Shown: positions 38,856 to 48,370 of the stretch, one piece after another
Position numbering within the stretch: position 1 is the stretch's first letter
How the letters are laid out: each line of letters begins with the position of its first letter
Assembly: GCA_964646415.1 (NCBI GenBank)
Contig: CAZYEL010000004.1
Location: forward strand, 539-64,538
Length of the DNA stretch: 64,000 nt
DNA from: an uncultured Candidatus Saccharibacteria bacterium
Lineage (GTDB): Bacteria; Patescibacteriota; Minisyncoccia; UBA6257; 2-01-FULL-56-20
Direction: 5' to 3'
Notes under the pieces: generated by a model
The model's input: only the letters and a program-made list of their open reading frames with translations
The model's database searches: none
What the model was told of the DNA's origin: nothing
Program-made: the position numbers and the translations under genes

Positions 38856-39221
38856 TCAGCTCGCTATTTCAAAGATCTTTTTGACTAAACCTGTCCGTGC
38901 GTAAAATGCGCGAGTTATAGGTCGGCGTTCGCCGGTTCGAGGATTTATCCCACCAGTCCCTTTTGTTCTCGCTTGTATCCATTTTCCATCCTTACCAGTA
39001 AGCGCGCCGAAGCCGCGCTTAATAAGTTTTGCGCGGATAAAGTCGTAATCAGCTTCTATCTCCTTGATAAGGTCGTCATCCTTGGTAAAATCCAAACTTG
39101 TTACGCGAAGAAGTTTTGAACCTTTAGCGTTTTTGCCGTCCCATTGAACCGCGCAGAAGGCGATGGTTTTGAGCTTTGCCCAAACATGACTTTCAAAAAA
39201 TGAATGAGCTAGATATGCCAT
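38856..39221 (-). pseudogene. C-terminal fragment of a MutH/Sau3AI-like endonuclease
   Basis: IEADYDFIR, IQARTKG, RAFYAR; N-terminal catalytic part absent. Confidence 0.65.
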
Positions 39222-39400
39222 AGTTGAAATTTCGGATAACTTTCTCGGTCGTGAAATTTTAAGTCCTTATCGTCTTGCCAGACGAGTTCCGTAAACTGCT
39301 CAAAGTCCTCGCTGTAGCCGAGACACATTACTTTCAGACGATTGAGAGGATTGAATCGTAAAATAACTTTTGCCAAAAATGGCGTAAGTGGAATTTCCAT
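39209..39400 (-). CDS. Small hypothetical protein coupled to DpnI
   Basis: 63 aa ORF starting 2 nt after the DpnI stop. Confidence 0.55.
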   Translation of the reverse strand: MEIPLTPFLAKVILRFNPLNRLKVMCLGYSEDFEQFTELVWQDDKDLKFHDRESYPKFQLWHI

Positions 39401-39402
39401 AG

Positions 39403-40173
39403 TTAAGTAAGGCGATAATATCCGCGCGATACAAAATCCAGATAGCTCTTATCACGCAAAACTTGTAATTGCTGGCGTATCTTATCCTTGATATGTTTGT
39501 TTTCTGGATGAAGTACACCCAATTCTTTTTCAAATGCATATACATCTTCGAGCATAAATTCACGCTTCCCAAGTTTTTCAATACATCGCATAACATCAAG
39601 TATCCAACCTTTCGCCGATATTTCTTTTTCTTCTCGCAAAAACAGTGTTTTTTGCCATTCTGCCAACACTTTTTCTTTTGGCTCGACCGCACCGTTTTTG
39701 ATGTAAAAAACTTTACCCGTCTGCGGAATACTCTTGAGTAAAATGTTGCATCCAACCCAACCAGCACGGCGCGCTGTCGGCGAAAGCGGCTTTCTCTTTT
39801 CAATAATTTCTGGAACAAAAAAATGTTTGGGTATGACAAAGAAATTCAGAACCGATAGATTTTGTAAGTCGTAATTTAGTAAGAAAAAATTGGGGTTATT
39901 GCTCGCCTGTAATCGTTCGAGCATTGTTCGATATGCGCCATCAACAATTTTCGAGCCAACAGAGTCCTGTTTGCTCTTGAGTTCGTAATCTTCTCGACAA
40001 TTTGAGCAAAGAAAATCTGCGACTGGCTGATTATTCGGGTATTTGTCTATATCCAAATGCCCGCAATTTGGGCAATAAACTGAATTATCAACCCAGTACT
40101 CGGTTAAAACACGAGCTCTTTGCGAAGCACTTTTGTAATTTGTCGCAATATTTTCGTCAAAAGTTAATTTCAT
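39403..40173 (-). CDS. DpnI-like (Dam-replacing family) methyl-directed restriction endonuclease
   Basis: SQRARVLTE, YCPNCG, NNQPVADFLCSNC, YELKSK, ARRAGWVGC and winged helix KIRQQLQVLRD. Confidence 0.9.
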   Translation of the reverse strand: MKLTFDENIATNYKSASQRARVLTEYWVDNSVYCPNCGHLDIDKYPNNQPVADFLCSNCREDYELKSKQDSVGSKIVDGAYRTMLERLQASNNPNFFLLNYDLQNLSVLNFFVIPKHFFVPEIIEKRKPLSPTARRAGWVGCNILLKSIPQTGKVFYIKNGAVEPKEKVLAEWQKTLFLREEKEISAKGWILDVMRCIEKLGKREFMLEDVYAFEKELGVLHPENKHIKDKIRQQLQVLRDKSYLDFVSRGYYRLT

Positions 40174-40433
40174 AGTCCGTTGCTCTTGTCCCAATCTCCC
40201 TTATTGACGCTGACCATTCGTCCGGCATGGACGGTGATGCCTCCGTTGGAAAGATTGTAGGGAGGATCGGCAAAGACCATATCAACCGAGTTTTCTGGAA
40301 ACTCGGCTAACACATCCAAGCAATTTGCTTGGTAGAGTTTGAACTTCTGCTTTTCATAGTATGCCTGCGTAAGGGCCGTTCGCGGCTCGTTTTCAACTCG
40401 AACGTCCAATGTAGGAGAAGTGAGGCGGGGCAT
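40170..40433 (-). pseudogene. Truncated beta-class adenine DNA methyltransferase (DpnA/M.DpnIIB-like N-terminus)
   Basis: VDMVFADPPYNLSNGG...SVNKGDWDK, ending at 87 aa without the SAM-binding motif I. Confidence 0.82.
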
Positions 40434-40495
40434 AAATATATCCTACCACGAACCACAGTACGGAAGGATCGGCTATTGAATGTCGCTTGTTTTTT

Positions 40496-41488
40496 CTAAT
40501 GCCTCACCATTCCAATCCTCGAACCGCCCTCCTTCACCACCACCTCCACTTCTCCGCCAATCGGGAAGGTGATTATGGGCGTCGTGTGCCCGAAGTCCAC
40601 GTTCGCAGTGACGGGCAGGTGCGCAAGCTCTTTTTTTGTTTTCACAATTTGCGTGAGGAGTTCCCTCGTCATCGCCGTTTTTGGTTCGAATCTGCCGAAG
40701 ACAATGCCGCGCACTTTTTCGAACCCGGGCTGATGGATGATGGCCTGTAAAAATCTATCAACTCCTGCCACGTGGGTTTCGTCGTCGTCTTCCAAAAATA
40801 AAATACTGTCGGCGATATCGGGCATAAACTCGGTGCCGTGCAAGAGATTGAACGTGCCCATGTTGCCGCCGATGATGGTTCCCTGCGCGCTCCCCTCGTT
40901 CAACACCCACCACCCCTCGTTCCGCATGAAGTTCCGGTGTTCCTGGTCGTTCGCCCAACGGTCGTCGCTCCATTGCTCCGAAGGCAACACTTCGAACGGC
41001 GCCTCGGACATCAGGCATTTCTTGAAGTATTCGAGCGTGTAGTCGAAGCCCTTCTTGGCGCCGAAAGAAAAGAAGTGCGGCCCCGAGTACGTTACGAGTC
41101 CCGTTTTCGCAAAAATGGCATTGCCGAGCGCGGTGATGTCCGAATACCCGCAAAGAATTTTGGGGTTCTTCCGTATCAAGTCGTAGTCCAAGTACCGCAA
41201 AAGCTGGTTCGAGTTGAAACCGCCGATGACCGTGATGATGAGTTGTATGCTCGTGTCGCGAAACGCGTCATGCAAATCCTCCACCCGGTGCGCGATGGAC
41301 GAAGAACTGAACTCATCTATCTCCATCACGTATTTCCCAAAACTCAAATTCAAACCAAGCTCCTTGAACCGCGCCTTCGCCTGCGTCTGCAATTCTTCAG
41401 TCATCCAAGGCATCGCCAAACTCCGCGAGGGCGTGATGACCCGTACGCCGTCGCCGGGCTTGAGTTTTGCGGGGAAGATTTTGAGCAT
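40496..41488 (-). CDS. S66 peptidase (LD-carboxypeptidase/MccF-like)
   Basis: IGGFNSN, GYSDIT (Ser), FLED (Glu), FGHT (His). Confidence 0.9.
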   Translation of the reverse strand: MLKIFPAKLKPGDGVRVITPSRSLAMPWMTEELQTQAKARFKELGLNLSFGKYVMEIDEFSSSSIAHRVEDLHDAFRDTSIQLIITVIGGFNSNQLLRYLDYDLIRKNPKILCGYSDITALGNAIFAKTGLVTYSGPHFFSFGAKKGFDYTLEYFKKCLMSEAPFEVLPSEQWSDDRWANDQEHRNFMRNEGWWVLNEGSAQGTIIGGNMGTFNLLHGTEFMPDIADSILFLEDDDETHVAGVDRFLQAIIHQPGFEKVRGIVFGRFEPKTAMTRELLTQIVKTKKELAHLPVTANVDFGHTTPIITFPIGGEVEVVVKEGGSRIGMVRH

Positions 41489-41496
41489 GGAAAAAA

Positions 41497-41712
41497 TTAC
41501 GGAAAGAGTTTCTTGTTGCGATGCAGGAAGTCGCCGGGGGTGAGGATGGGAAAACGAACGGAGTCCATCACCGACTTTCGCAAAAAATGTCTTGTGTTCC
41601 AGGTTATTACTGCCGCCGGTCGTGCGGCAATCGCCCCCGCTGCCCCATGCGGCGAGTTCAGTCCCGCAAGAATCGCGCTGGTATCAAGAAAGACTCTTGA
41701 TTTTCTTGGCAT
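41497..41712 (-). pseudogene. PIN-domain toxin with internal deletion
   Basis: VFLDTSAI N-terminus joined directly to ITWNTRHF...ILTPGDF C-terminus; only 71 aa. Confidence 0.65.
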
Positions 41713-41893
41713 ACTTTTCCCGCCAAATTCCATTCCTAGTGGCCCGTAGGGCCTTCCCGATGGACGCCTGGGAGTACCGGGAGGCAGCCCGCTGCCGCTT
41801 TGGCAGCTGGAAGTATGTCTGGACTTTCATCCTTTGCACTTGCTGCTCAAGGTCAACGAGTTTCTTATAAATTGTCGCCGATGTCTCGCTCAT
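41684..41893 (-). CDS. Probable antitoxin
   Basis: 69 aa ORF overlapping the PIN gene start. Confidence 0.55.
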   Translation of the reverse strand: MSETSATIYKKLVDLEQQVQRMKVQTYFQLPKRQRAASRYSQASIGKALRATRNGIWREKYAKKIKSLS

Positions 41894-41995
41894 ACTGCTT
41901 ATCGTAAAGGATTTTGAAGCGCAAAGTCAAACCCGCTTCTTGATGGTGAAGACTGGATCCCCTTAGGGTCGGCGCCTACGCGCCACGTTTGAGAC

Positions 41996-42421
41996 CTACA
42001 ATTTGGAGTCCAATACTGAAATAAGTTCGCGTACCTTGGCTTTGATAATGTCCCGCACCCGGCGGGCAAATTCCAAGTCTTGCTTAAAAGGGTCGGGAAC
42101 GTCCCAAAATATTACCTTGGCGTCGTTGTGAAAATAATCGGGAATATTTGCCGAGGGTAACATGACTACCACTTTATCCGCCGCTCCAAATGCCTCCGGA
42201 GTGAGCATCTTTCTTTCGTAGTCCGCCACATCAATCCCAATCTCCTGCATAACCGCGACGATATTCGGGTCTTTGTCTTTTATTTTCTGCCCCACCTGTT
42301 CCTTCGTAACCTTGGTGCCCGCGGAAGAAGCAACGTGCTTCCCTCCGGCGAGGTTATTCACCATCGCCTCCGCCATTTGGCTTCGCGCCACATTGCCGCC
42401 GCAGATGAAGAGTATTTTCAT
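41996..42421 (-). CDS. Low-molecular-weight PTP / ArsC-family protein
   Basis: ICGGNVARSQMAE P-loop, SAGT, WDVPDP. Confidence 0.88.
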   Translation of the reverse strand: MKILFICGGNVARSQMAEAMVNNLAGGKHVASSAGTKVTKEQVGQKIKDKDPNIVAVMQEIGIDVADYERKMLTPEAFGAADKVVVMLPSANIPDYFHNDAKVIFWDVPDPFKQDLEFARRVRDIIKAKVRELISVLDSKL

Positions 42422-42425
42422 ATTT

Positions 42426-43055
42426 TTATGACGAATGCTTACTCTTCAAAACTTTTACCAATCTTACGCCTCCATACCCGATAAGCAAAGAGCCCACGAG
42501 CACATTTAATATCTGAATCAGCACTACGGGAACCGCTCCTTTTATTAAGGAAAAAACAATCACCGATGTGCCCATAAAGAGAAATGTCGCCAGTCCGGTT
42601 CCGAAACCGAAAATAAACAATTCTTTCTTCGTATAGTTGTATTCAAGGGCTTTTGCCGCAAATATGCCGGTAAAAAGAACAATGGTCAAAGGACTGGAGA
42701 TGGTAAGAAGGAAGGTCGAGATAAAGCTTGAAAAAATACTCGCGGAATATAGGTCCGCCGCAGGCGAGACACTCTCACCTGTTATGCTGTTGATTATAAA
42801 AACGCCGAACAAAACCAGTACAATGGAACTGATGATTCCGAATACTTTTTTAACTTCCTTTTTCTCCAGTACCTTTCCGATGCCCAAGACCGCGAGTGTT
42901 ATGTAGCAGTAGTCGGCGAGAGTGACTCCGATAGCGGCGACAAGGCCGTCGAGAATCGACCTCTGCAACGCAAGGTTGATGATGAAAAAGAAAACCGGAC
43001 CGATTGCGAGTTGCAGCACCAGCCCCGTTGCCAGACCGTTTAGGAAGATGTTCAT
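42426..43055 (-). CDS. LysE-family exporter
   Basis: LAIGPV, TISSPLTI; hydrophobic, about 209 aa. Confidence 0.85.
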   Translation of the reverse strand: MNIFLNGLATGLVLQLAIGPVFFFIINLALQRSILDGLVAAIGVTLADYCYITLAVLGIGKVLEKKEVKKVFGIISSIVLVLFGVFIINSITGESVSPAADLYSASIFSSFISTFLLTISSPLTIVLFTGIFAAKALEYNYTKKELFIFGFGTGLATFLFMGTSVIVFSLIKGAVPVVLIQILNVLVGSLLIGYGGVRLVKVLKSKHSS

Positions 43056-43079
43056 TGTACACGCTTTCTCCCGCACAAA

Positions 43080-43905
43080 GCGGAAGGGGCGAGATTCGCC
43101 CCGCACACTGCGGTGTATATTAAAAATAGATCGAACGGAATCCTGTTCTCGACGCGCTTCGCGCGGCTCGGAATAGGGACGGCGCTTCGCGCCGACCATA
43201 TTTTTGGCGGTGTTTGTTGGACAAAGTTCGAAACTATTTCGAGCAAAATCCAAATGATTAAAACTACTAATGCGGACGAGGCAGGGCGAAACAATTTGTC
43301 TGGGGGAATGGATTCGCCCTGCCTCGGCTGATTTCCCGCCCGCAGGAGGGGTCTGGGGAGGAATGCGGGCGGGTTTCGGACTGGGGGTTTTCGGAAATTC
43401 GGCGGCTATTTCAATTCTAACTCATTCTTTAACAAAGGAACAATTTGCTTGCGCATAATAAGATTTGGTCGCTCCGCGACTACGCCAGCAAATTGTACTT
43501 TCAAAACTTTTTCCAAAAGTTTCGCGCCGTAACTTTATCGCCGAGTTTCTCTTGCAGATTATTAATTTCGGCAGAATCAGTTTTGAGCTTTGCCACTTGT
43601 GCTGGAATATCATCCTGACTAACGCCCATTATTGAAGCTCGAACCGTACTTTTTGAGCCACGCGGAGCGTGGCGAATCCTTGCAGAATCAGGATTTTGTG
43701 GGGGGAATGCAGAACAGACGGCGCTTCGCGCCGACCATATTTTTGGCGGAAATTTGAATTCCGAATTTTGGCGGTGTCTGTTTGAAAATATCCGAACGGA
43801 ACTGGCTGGGCTCGGCGGGCGGAAGGGGGGTGTGGGGGGAATTCCGCCCGCCTCGCCTTGAACCGAAGCGGAAAGGACGATTTCAAGTTTTTCTTTGGCG
43901 GCAAA
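43080..43905 (+). mobile_element. Stacked remnants of serine-recombinase 3' ends / att sites
   Basis: 33-bp exact direct repeat (43178-43210, 43717-43749); tails LRCILKIDRTE, WRCLLDKVRNYFEQNPND*, WRCLFENIRTE; tRNA-3'-like fragment at 43080-43098. Confidence 0.6.
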
Positions 43906-44284
43906 TTCATTACTGACCAAGAGTATCAGGCACTGAAAAACCGCCTCATCAAAGAAAAGACGGCTCTTGAGAGCGAGCTAAAGACCCACGGCAAGACGAT
44001 TGAGGAGTGGGTTGAGTTAAGCGAGCGGACTTTCAACTTCGCCCGTTACGCCCAAATGTGGTTCGCCAAAGGCGATATGGAAACACGGCGAGCTATCTTT
44101 GCCGCTTTAGGTTCGCACCTCATTATAAAAGACCAGAAACTCAATATAGAACTACATCCTTACTTCAAAATCATCTTTGAAAACCTTGAAGCAGTGGAAA
44201 AGGAGCTTATCAAAGTTAGAACCTCCGAAAGTGTAGTGAATAGAAGGCAAATCGCCGAAATTTTGGCGAAATGTCCTACTCTGC
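43906..44284 (+). pseudogene. C-terminal fragment of a large serine recombinase reading into tRNA-Ser
   Basis: Coiled coil, ALGSHLIIKDQKL, ending KCPTLRRVRDSNP, which is the antisense of the tRNA T-arm. Confidence 0.72.
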
Positions 44285-44366
44285 GGAGGGTGAGGGACTC
44301 GAACCCTCGAGGGATTGCTCCCGCACGCTTTCCAAGCGTGTGCCATAGCCGCTAGGCGAACCCTCC
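44284..44366 (-). tRNA. tRNA-Ser (anticodon GGA)
   Basis: Acceptor GGAGGGT/ACCCTCC, anticodon arm CACGC-TTGGAAA-GCGTG, long variable arm, GGTTCGAGTCC; CCA not encoded. Confidence 0.95.
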
Positions 44367-44456
44367 TTTGGACGCCGAAGCTTTTGCACAAAGCGAAGGC
44401 GGCCGTGTCTACTACCTACTTGTTCGCGATGATTGTACCCCCGAATTCTCTCCCCT

Positions 44457-45113
44457 TCAAATGGAGCGGCATACGAGGACCGAAAGTAGGGCAAAGAACA
44501 GGGACGCGTAAAGAAGGCATGCCGCGAGGGAAAGCAGCACTGGTGCGCCCAGATTCACGTAGAGCAGGAGCACGCCGATTCCCACGCACTGGAGAATCAT
44601 CTTGATTTTCCCCGATGCTCTCGCGGGCACGACCGTGCCTCCGTATTGCAGGTACAGCGAAGCCACCAGCGTCACCTCTACCGCGACGATTGCCGCCGCG
44701 AGCCCGATGCCGAGATGCGCGGGCACAAGAAGAATCGCCACGCCTCCTATAAAGAGCTTATCCGCGAGAGGGTCGAACGCGATGCCCCACGACGTCACGC
44801 GATTGGTCATGCGCGCAATCGTCCCGTCGGCGGCGTCCGAGAACGCAGTGACAACGAACAACACCGTCCCTGCCGCATACCACTCAAAGAACAACAGGGC
44901 GAGCACCACCGGAGTCATAACAAAACGGAATACCGTAATCTGATTCGGCGTTATCGCGCGAGGAAAAAACCGGAGCATCGACGTAAACAACATGCGGTCT
45001 ATAACCGTCGGGCGGGAAAGCCGCGCAACCCTTGCCGCGTCTTCCGCAACCACACGACGCATCACCTCTTTCGCACGCTGACGCATTTTCCGCCGTGTAC
45101 GTACTTCCGCCAT
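44457..45113 (-). CDS. pgsA: CDP-alcohol phosphatidyltransferase (PgsA-like)
   Basis: PNQIT, DAADGTIAR, GIAFDPLADK, GKIK. Confidence 0.85.
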   Translation of the reverse strand: MAEVRTRRKMRQRAKEVMRRVVAEDAARVARLSRPTVIDRMLFTSMLRFFPRAITPNQITVFRFVMTPVVLALLFFEWYAAGTVLFVVTAFSDAADGTIARMTNRVTSWGIAFDPLADKLFIGGVAILLVPAHLGIGLAAAIVAVEVTLVASLYLQYGGTVVPARASGKIKMILQCVGIGVLLLYVNLGAPVLLSLAACLLYASLFFALLSVLVCRSI

Positions 45114-45116
45114 ATA

Positions 45117-45806
45117 CTACCTGATAACAGTGCCCTCAAATTCCTCCCCCTCCAACAATGAAGTGAGGTTTTTGAGGTCGGCACCCACCACGAACATCAT
45201 GATTCCGTTCTTCGCACAAAACCTCGCGGCGACGGGGTCTACGGGCGCATGAAGTCCGGGAGACCATTTTTTCGGCATCTTTGCACAATACTCTTTCCAC
45301 TGCATTTCCCGAATCGGCGCGGCATCTTTGTGCTCGTCGGGATTCTTGTCGTACACAAAAGGCGGTTTCCCGATATTAATCACTTCCTTTGCGCCGAAAT
45401 CATGCGCAAGCGCGGTCGTTACAAAGTCCGTTGACCAGCCCGGACGCCATCCCGCTCCCACCGTTACCGGATGCGAGAGCTTTTTTACCTGCCCGCGCTT
45501 TTCAATAAGTTCAGGCGCGGCACGTTTCCCGAACACCGCGCGGATGAGGGTGGCGTTCAATCGTGTCGCGTAAATCCCAATCCAATCCCCGTCCGCATCC
45601 GTCACTTTTCCAAGCCCCTTCGCCGCGCGCTGGTAGACGCGGCAGACTCCCCCGCCGCCCACAATGAGAAGAAACTTTATTCCTTTTTTTGAACACCCCT
45701 CCACCAGGCGTTTGAATCCCTCCACAAACTTGGCATTCACGCCATCGGGACACACAACCGAGCCGCCGAGGGAAATGACAACCGTCTTACCGAAAGCGTG
45801 TTTCAT
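45117..45806 (-). CDS. pyrH: UMP kinase (archaeal type)
   Basis: ISLGGS, VGGGG, DWIGI, PGWSTD, PVDPVA. Confidence 0.9.
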   Translation of the reverse strand: MKHAFGKTVVISLGGSVVCPDGVNAKFVEGFKRLVEGCSKKGIKFLLIVGGGGVCRVYQRAAKGLGKVTDADGDWIGIYATRLNATLIRAVFGKRAAPELIEKRGQVKKLSHPVTVGAGWRPGWSTDFVTTALAHDFGAKEVINIGKPPFVYDKNPDEHKDAAPIREMQWKEYCAKMPKKWSPGLHAPVDPVAARFCAKNGIMMFVVGADLKNLTSLLEGEEFEGTVIR

Positions 45807-45846
45807 GCGTGTAGCGATAAACTCTAAGTAAAACAAGGATAACCTC

Positions 45847-46728
45847 TCACTGAACTTGGCGCAATGCCCGCACCCGCTCCTCAATCGGCGGATGGGTCAT
45901 AAAAAGCTTGTGCCACCACGGGGTTTTGCCCTTGAACGGGTTATCAATCCAAAGATGCGCGGTCGCCTCGTGCACAGAACTCATCGGCACCTTGTCGGCG
46001 CCTATCTTCTCGAGCGCATTCGCAAGCTCCCCCGGGCGCTGCGTGAGAAGCGCTCCTGAGGCATCCGCGAGCGCCTCGCGCTGCCGCGATACGGCGAACT
46101 GTATAAGCATCGCGCCCACCGGCGCCAAAATCGAGAGCGCCACGCCCGCAACCATGAGCCAGCCGCTCCGCGAATCGCGATTATCGTCCCCGCCGAACCA
46201 GAGCATGCGGAGAAACACGTCCGCAAGCATCGAAATGATGCCCGCGAGCACCACCGCCACGGTTGAGACGAGCATATCGCGATTGCTGATGTGCGAAAGC
46301 TCATGCGCGAGTACGCCTTCGAGTTCCGGCTTCGAAAGCTTCGTGAGCGCGCCAATGGTCACCGCAACCGCGGCATGCGCGGGGTCGCGCCCCGTCGCGA
46401 ACGCGTTGATTTGGGGCTCCGGCGTAAGATAGAGCCGGGGCATGGGAAGCTGCGCCGCAGTCGCGAGCCGTTGCACCGTGTCCCAAAGTTCAGGATTGTC
46501 CTCGCGCTGAATCGGCTCCGCTTTCGCAAACGCGAGCGCGAGCTTATCCGAGAACCAATAGCTCGCCGCGCTCATCCCCACACTGAAAAGCACCGCGAAT
46601 ATGAAGATATCGCGGCTATTGAACACGTAGGAGAACACCCACCCCAACCCGAGCACCACAAGGAGGAAGACGGCAAGGAGAAGTGACGTGCGCCCGATAT
46701 TGCGTTCTTTGTATTGGGTAAGATTCAT
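45847..46728 (-). CDS. htpX: Zinc metalloprotease HtpX
   Basis: NAFATG, HELSH, SRQREALAD, THPP. Confidence 0.93.
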   Translation of the reverse strand: MNLTQYKERNIGRTSLLLAVFLLVVLGLGWVFSYVFNSRDIFIFAVLFSVGMSAASYWFSDKLALAFAKAEPIQREDNPELWDTVQRLATAAQLPMPRLYLTPEPQINAFATGRDPAHAAVAVTIGALTKLSKPELEGVLAHELSHISNRDMLVSTVAVVLAGIISMLADVFLRMLWFGGDDNRDSRSGWLMVAGVALSILAPVGAMLIQFAVSRQREALADASGALLTQRPGELANALEKIGADKVPMSSVHEATAHLWIDNPFKGKTPWWHKLFMTHPPIEERVRALRQVQ

Positions 46729-46853
46729 GGAAAGAGAATTAAGAATCATGGATTATGCGGGGTCACCGCACACACCATAGAATAATCGTCGCGAATGGAA
46801 TATAATAGTAGGAATATAAAAGTCGCAGGACATATAAATTATAGAAGAAACTC

Positions 46854-47408
46854 ATGAAGAAAGCATGGTGGGTGGTCATCGCAGTCGTCGTAGTTGTGGT
46901 GCTCTACGGGGTCGGCGTGTATAACTCGCTCGTCGGCAAAAACGAGGGCATTGACGGGCAATGGGCGCAAGTCGAAACGCAATACCAGCGCCGGCTGGAT
47001 TTGATTCCGAATCTCGTCGAGTCCGTAAAGGGCGCGATGAAGCAGGAGCAGACGATTTTCACCGCACTTGCGGATGCGCGGACGCGGTATGGGAACTCGG
47101 TGGGTACTGATGCTAAAGCGAAAGCGGCGAGCGAAGTGGAAAGCGCGTTTGGACGCCTCCTCGCCGTCATGGAAAACTACCCGCAACTGAAGTCCTCCGA
47201 CACGGTGCAGACCTTGATGGCGCAGCTTGAAGGAACCGAGAACCGCGTGAGCGTGGAACGACAACGCTTCAACGACGCGGTGCGGAGCTTGAACGTTGCC
47301 ACAAAAACATTTCCCTCAAGCCTTATTGCAAGCATGGCAGGATTCGCGGAACGGGAATACTTCGAGGCCGCCGACGGTGCGGAGAATGCGCCGAAGGTGA
47401 ACCTCTAG
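46854..47408 (+). CDS. lemA: LemA family protein
   Basis: QRRLDLIPNLV, ENYPQLKS, ENRVSVER. Confidence 0.93.
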   Translation: MKKAWWVVIAVVVVVVLYGVGVYNSLVGKNEGIDGQWAQVETQYQRRLDLIPNLVESVKGAMKQEQTIFTALADARTRYGNSVGTDAKAKAASEVESAFGRLLAVMENYPQLKSSDTVQTLMAQLEGTENRVSVERQRFNDAVRSLNVATKTFPSSLIASMAGFAEREYFEAADGAENAPKVNL

Positions 47409-47485
47409 CGGAAGAAAAGTAAATGGTAGGTGGTATGTAGTAGGTAGTAGATGGTAGATGGTAGGAGCGGTTTACTTTGACCTTG

Positions 47486-48370
47486 ATGCGAAAAATTGTT
47501 TTTTGCTTGTTGCTATTGGCTAATGGCTATTGGCTAATGGCTGCTTTTCCCGCGCACGCGTACGCCAATCCCGGCGCGCCCGCGGGATTCGTGAACGACT
47601 TTGCGGGGATGCTCAATCCCCCTGAGCGTACGCTCCTTGAAGCAAAGCTCTCCTCGTTTGCAATCGACAGCAAACACGAGATCAGTGTCGTTACCATCCC
47701 CTCGCTCGGCAGCGATACGGTTGAAAACTTCGCTGAAAAACTCTTCAAAGACTGGGGCATCGGAAAAACCGGCGCGGACAACGGCGTCTTATTGCTTATC
47801 GCGCGCGACGACCGGAAATTTCGCATTGAGGTGGGGTATGGACTCGAAGGGGCGCTTACCGACGCACAAAGTTATTGGATTCTCCAAAATATCCTCACGC
47901 CCGCATTCAAAAACGGAGAATATGCCGCAGGGCTCGCGAACGCCGTCGACAAAATCATAGACGCGACGCGGGGCGAAGTTATCCCCTCCTCAGGGCGAGC
48001 GCAGAACGGAAACGGAGGAGGAGTCTCGGTTGATTGGTTTTGGATAGTATTCGCAATCCCGATGTGGCTCGCGAGCATCTTCGGACGCTCGAAGTCGTGG
48101 TGGCTGGGCGGCGTTGTCGGAGGCGTCGCGGGCGCGGTGCTCGGGTCCATCTTCGGATTCCTCTACTGGGGCGTTACAGCAATCGCCATCCTCACGCCGT
48201 TGGGGCTCCTCTTCGATTACATTGTCTCGCACAAGTATGCGGAAAGCGTCGCCACGCACCACCGTCCGCCATGGTGGATCGGCGGCGGAAGAGGCCCCCT
48301 GGGCGGAGGCGGATTCGGAGGGTTCGGCGGCGGACGCTCGGGAGGAGGAGGGGCGAGTGGAGGATGGTAG
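47486..48370 (+). CDS. TPM-domain (YgcG-like) protein
   Basis: WGIG...DNGVLLL, RIEVGYGLEG, Gly-rich GGGASGGW tail. Confidence 0.9.
   Translation: MRKIVFCLLLLANGYWLMAAFPAHAYANPGAPAGFVNDFAGMLNPPERTLLEAKLSSFAIDSKHEISVVTIPSLGSDTVENFAEKLFKDWGIGKTGADNGVLLLIARDDRKFRIEVGYGLEGALTDAQSYWILQNILTPAFKNGEYAAGLANAVDKIIDATRGEVIPSSGRAQNGNGGGVSVDWFWIVFAIPMWLASIFGRSKSWWLGGVVGGVAGAVLGSIFGFLYWGVTAIAILTPLGLLFDYIVSHKYAESVATHHRPPWWIGGGRGPLGGGGFGGFGGGRSGGGGASGGW

Noticed and set aside
38774-40560. DGR template/variable repeat pair
   Set aside because: Mismatches are not confined to adenines, half are synonymous, and no reverse transcriptase is present
43422-43630. Short minus-strand ORF MGVSQDDIPAQ...
   Set aside because: Fragmentary with no recognisable family; treated as debris between scars
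43178-43749. CRISPR array from the 33-bp direct repeat
   Set aside because: Only two copies, 539 bp apart, with no regular spacers and no cas genes
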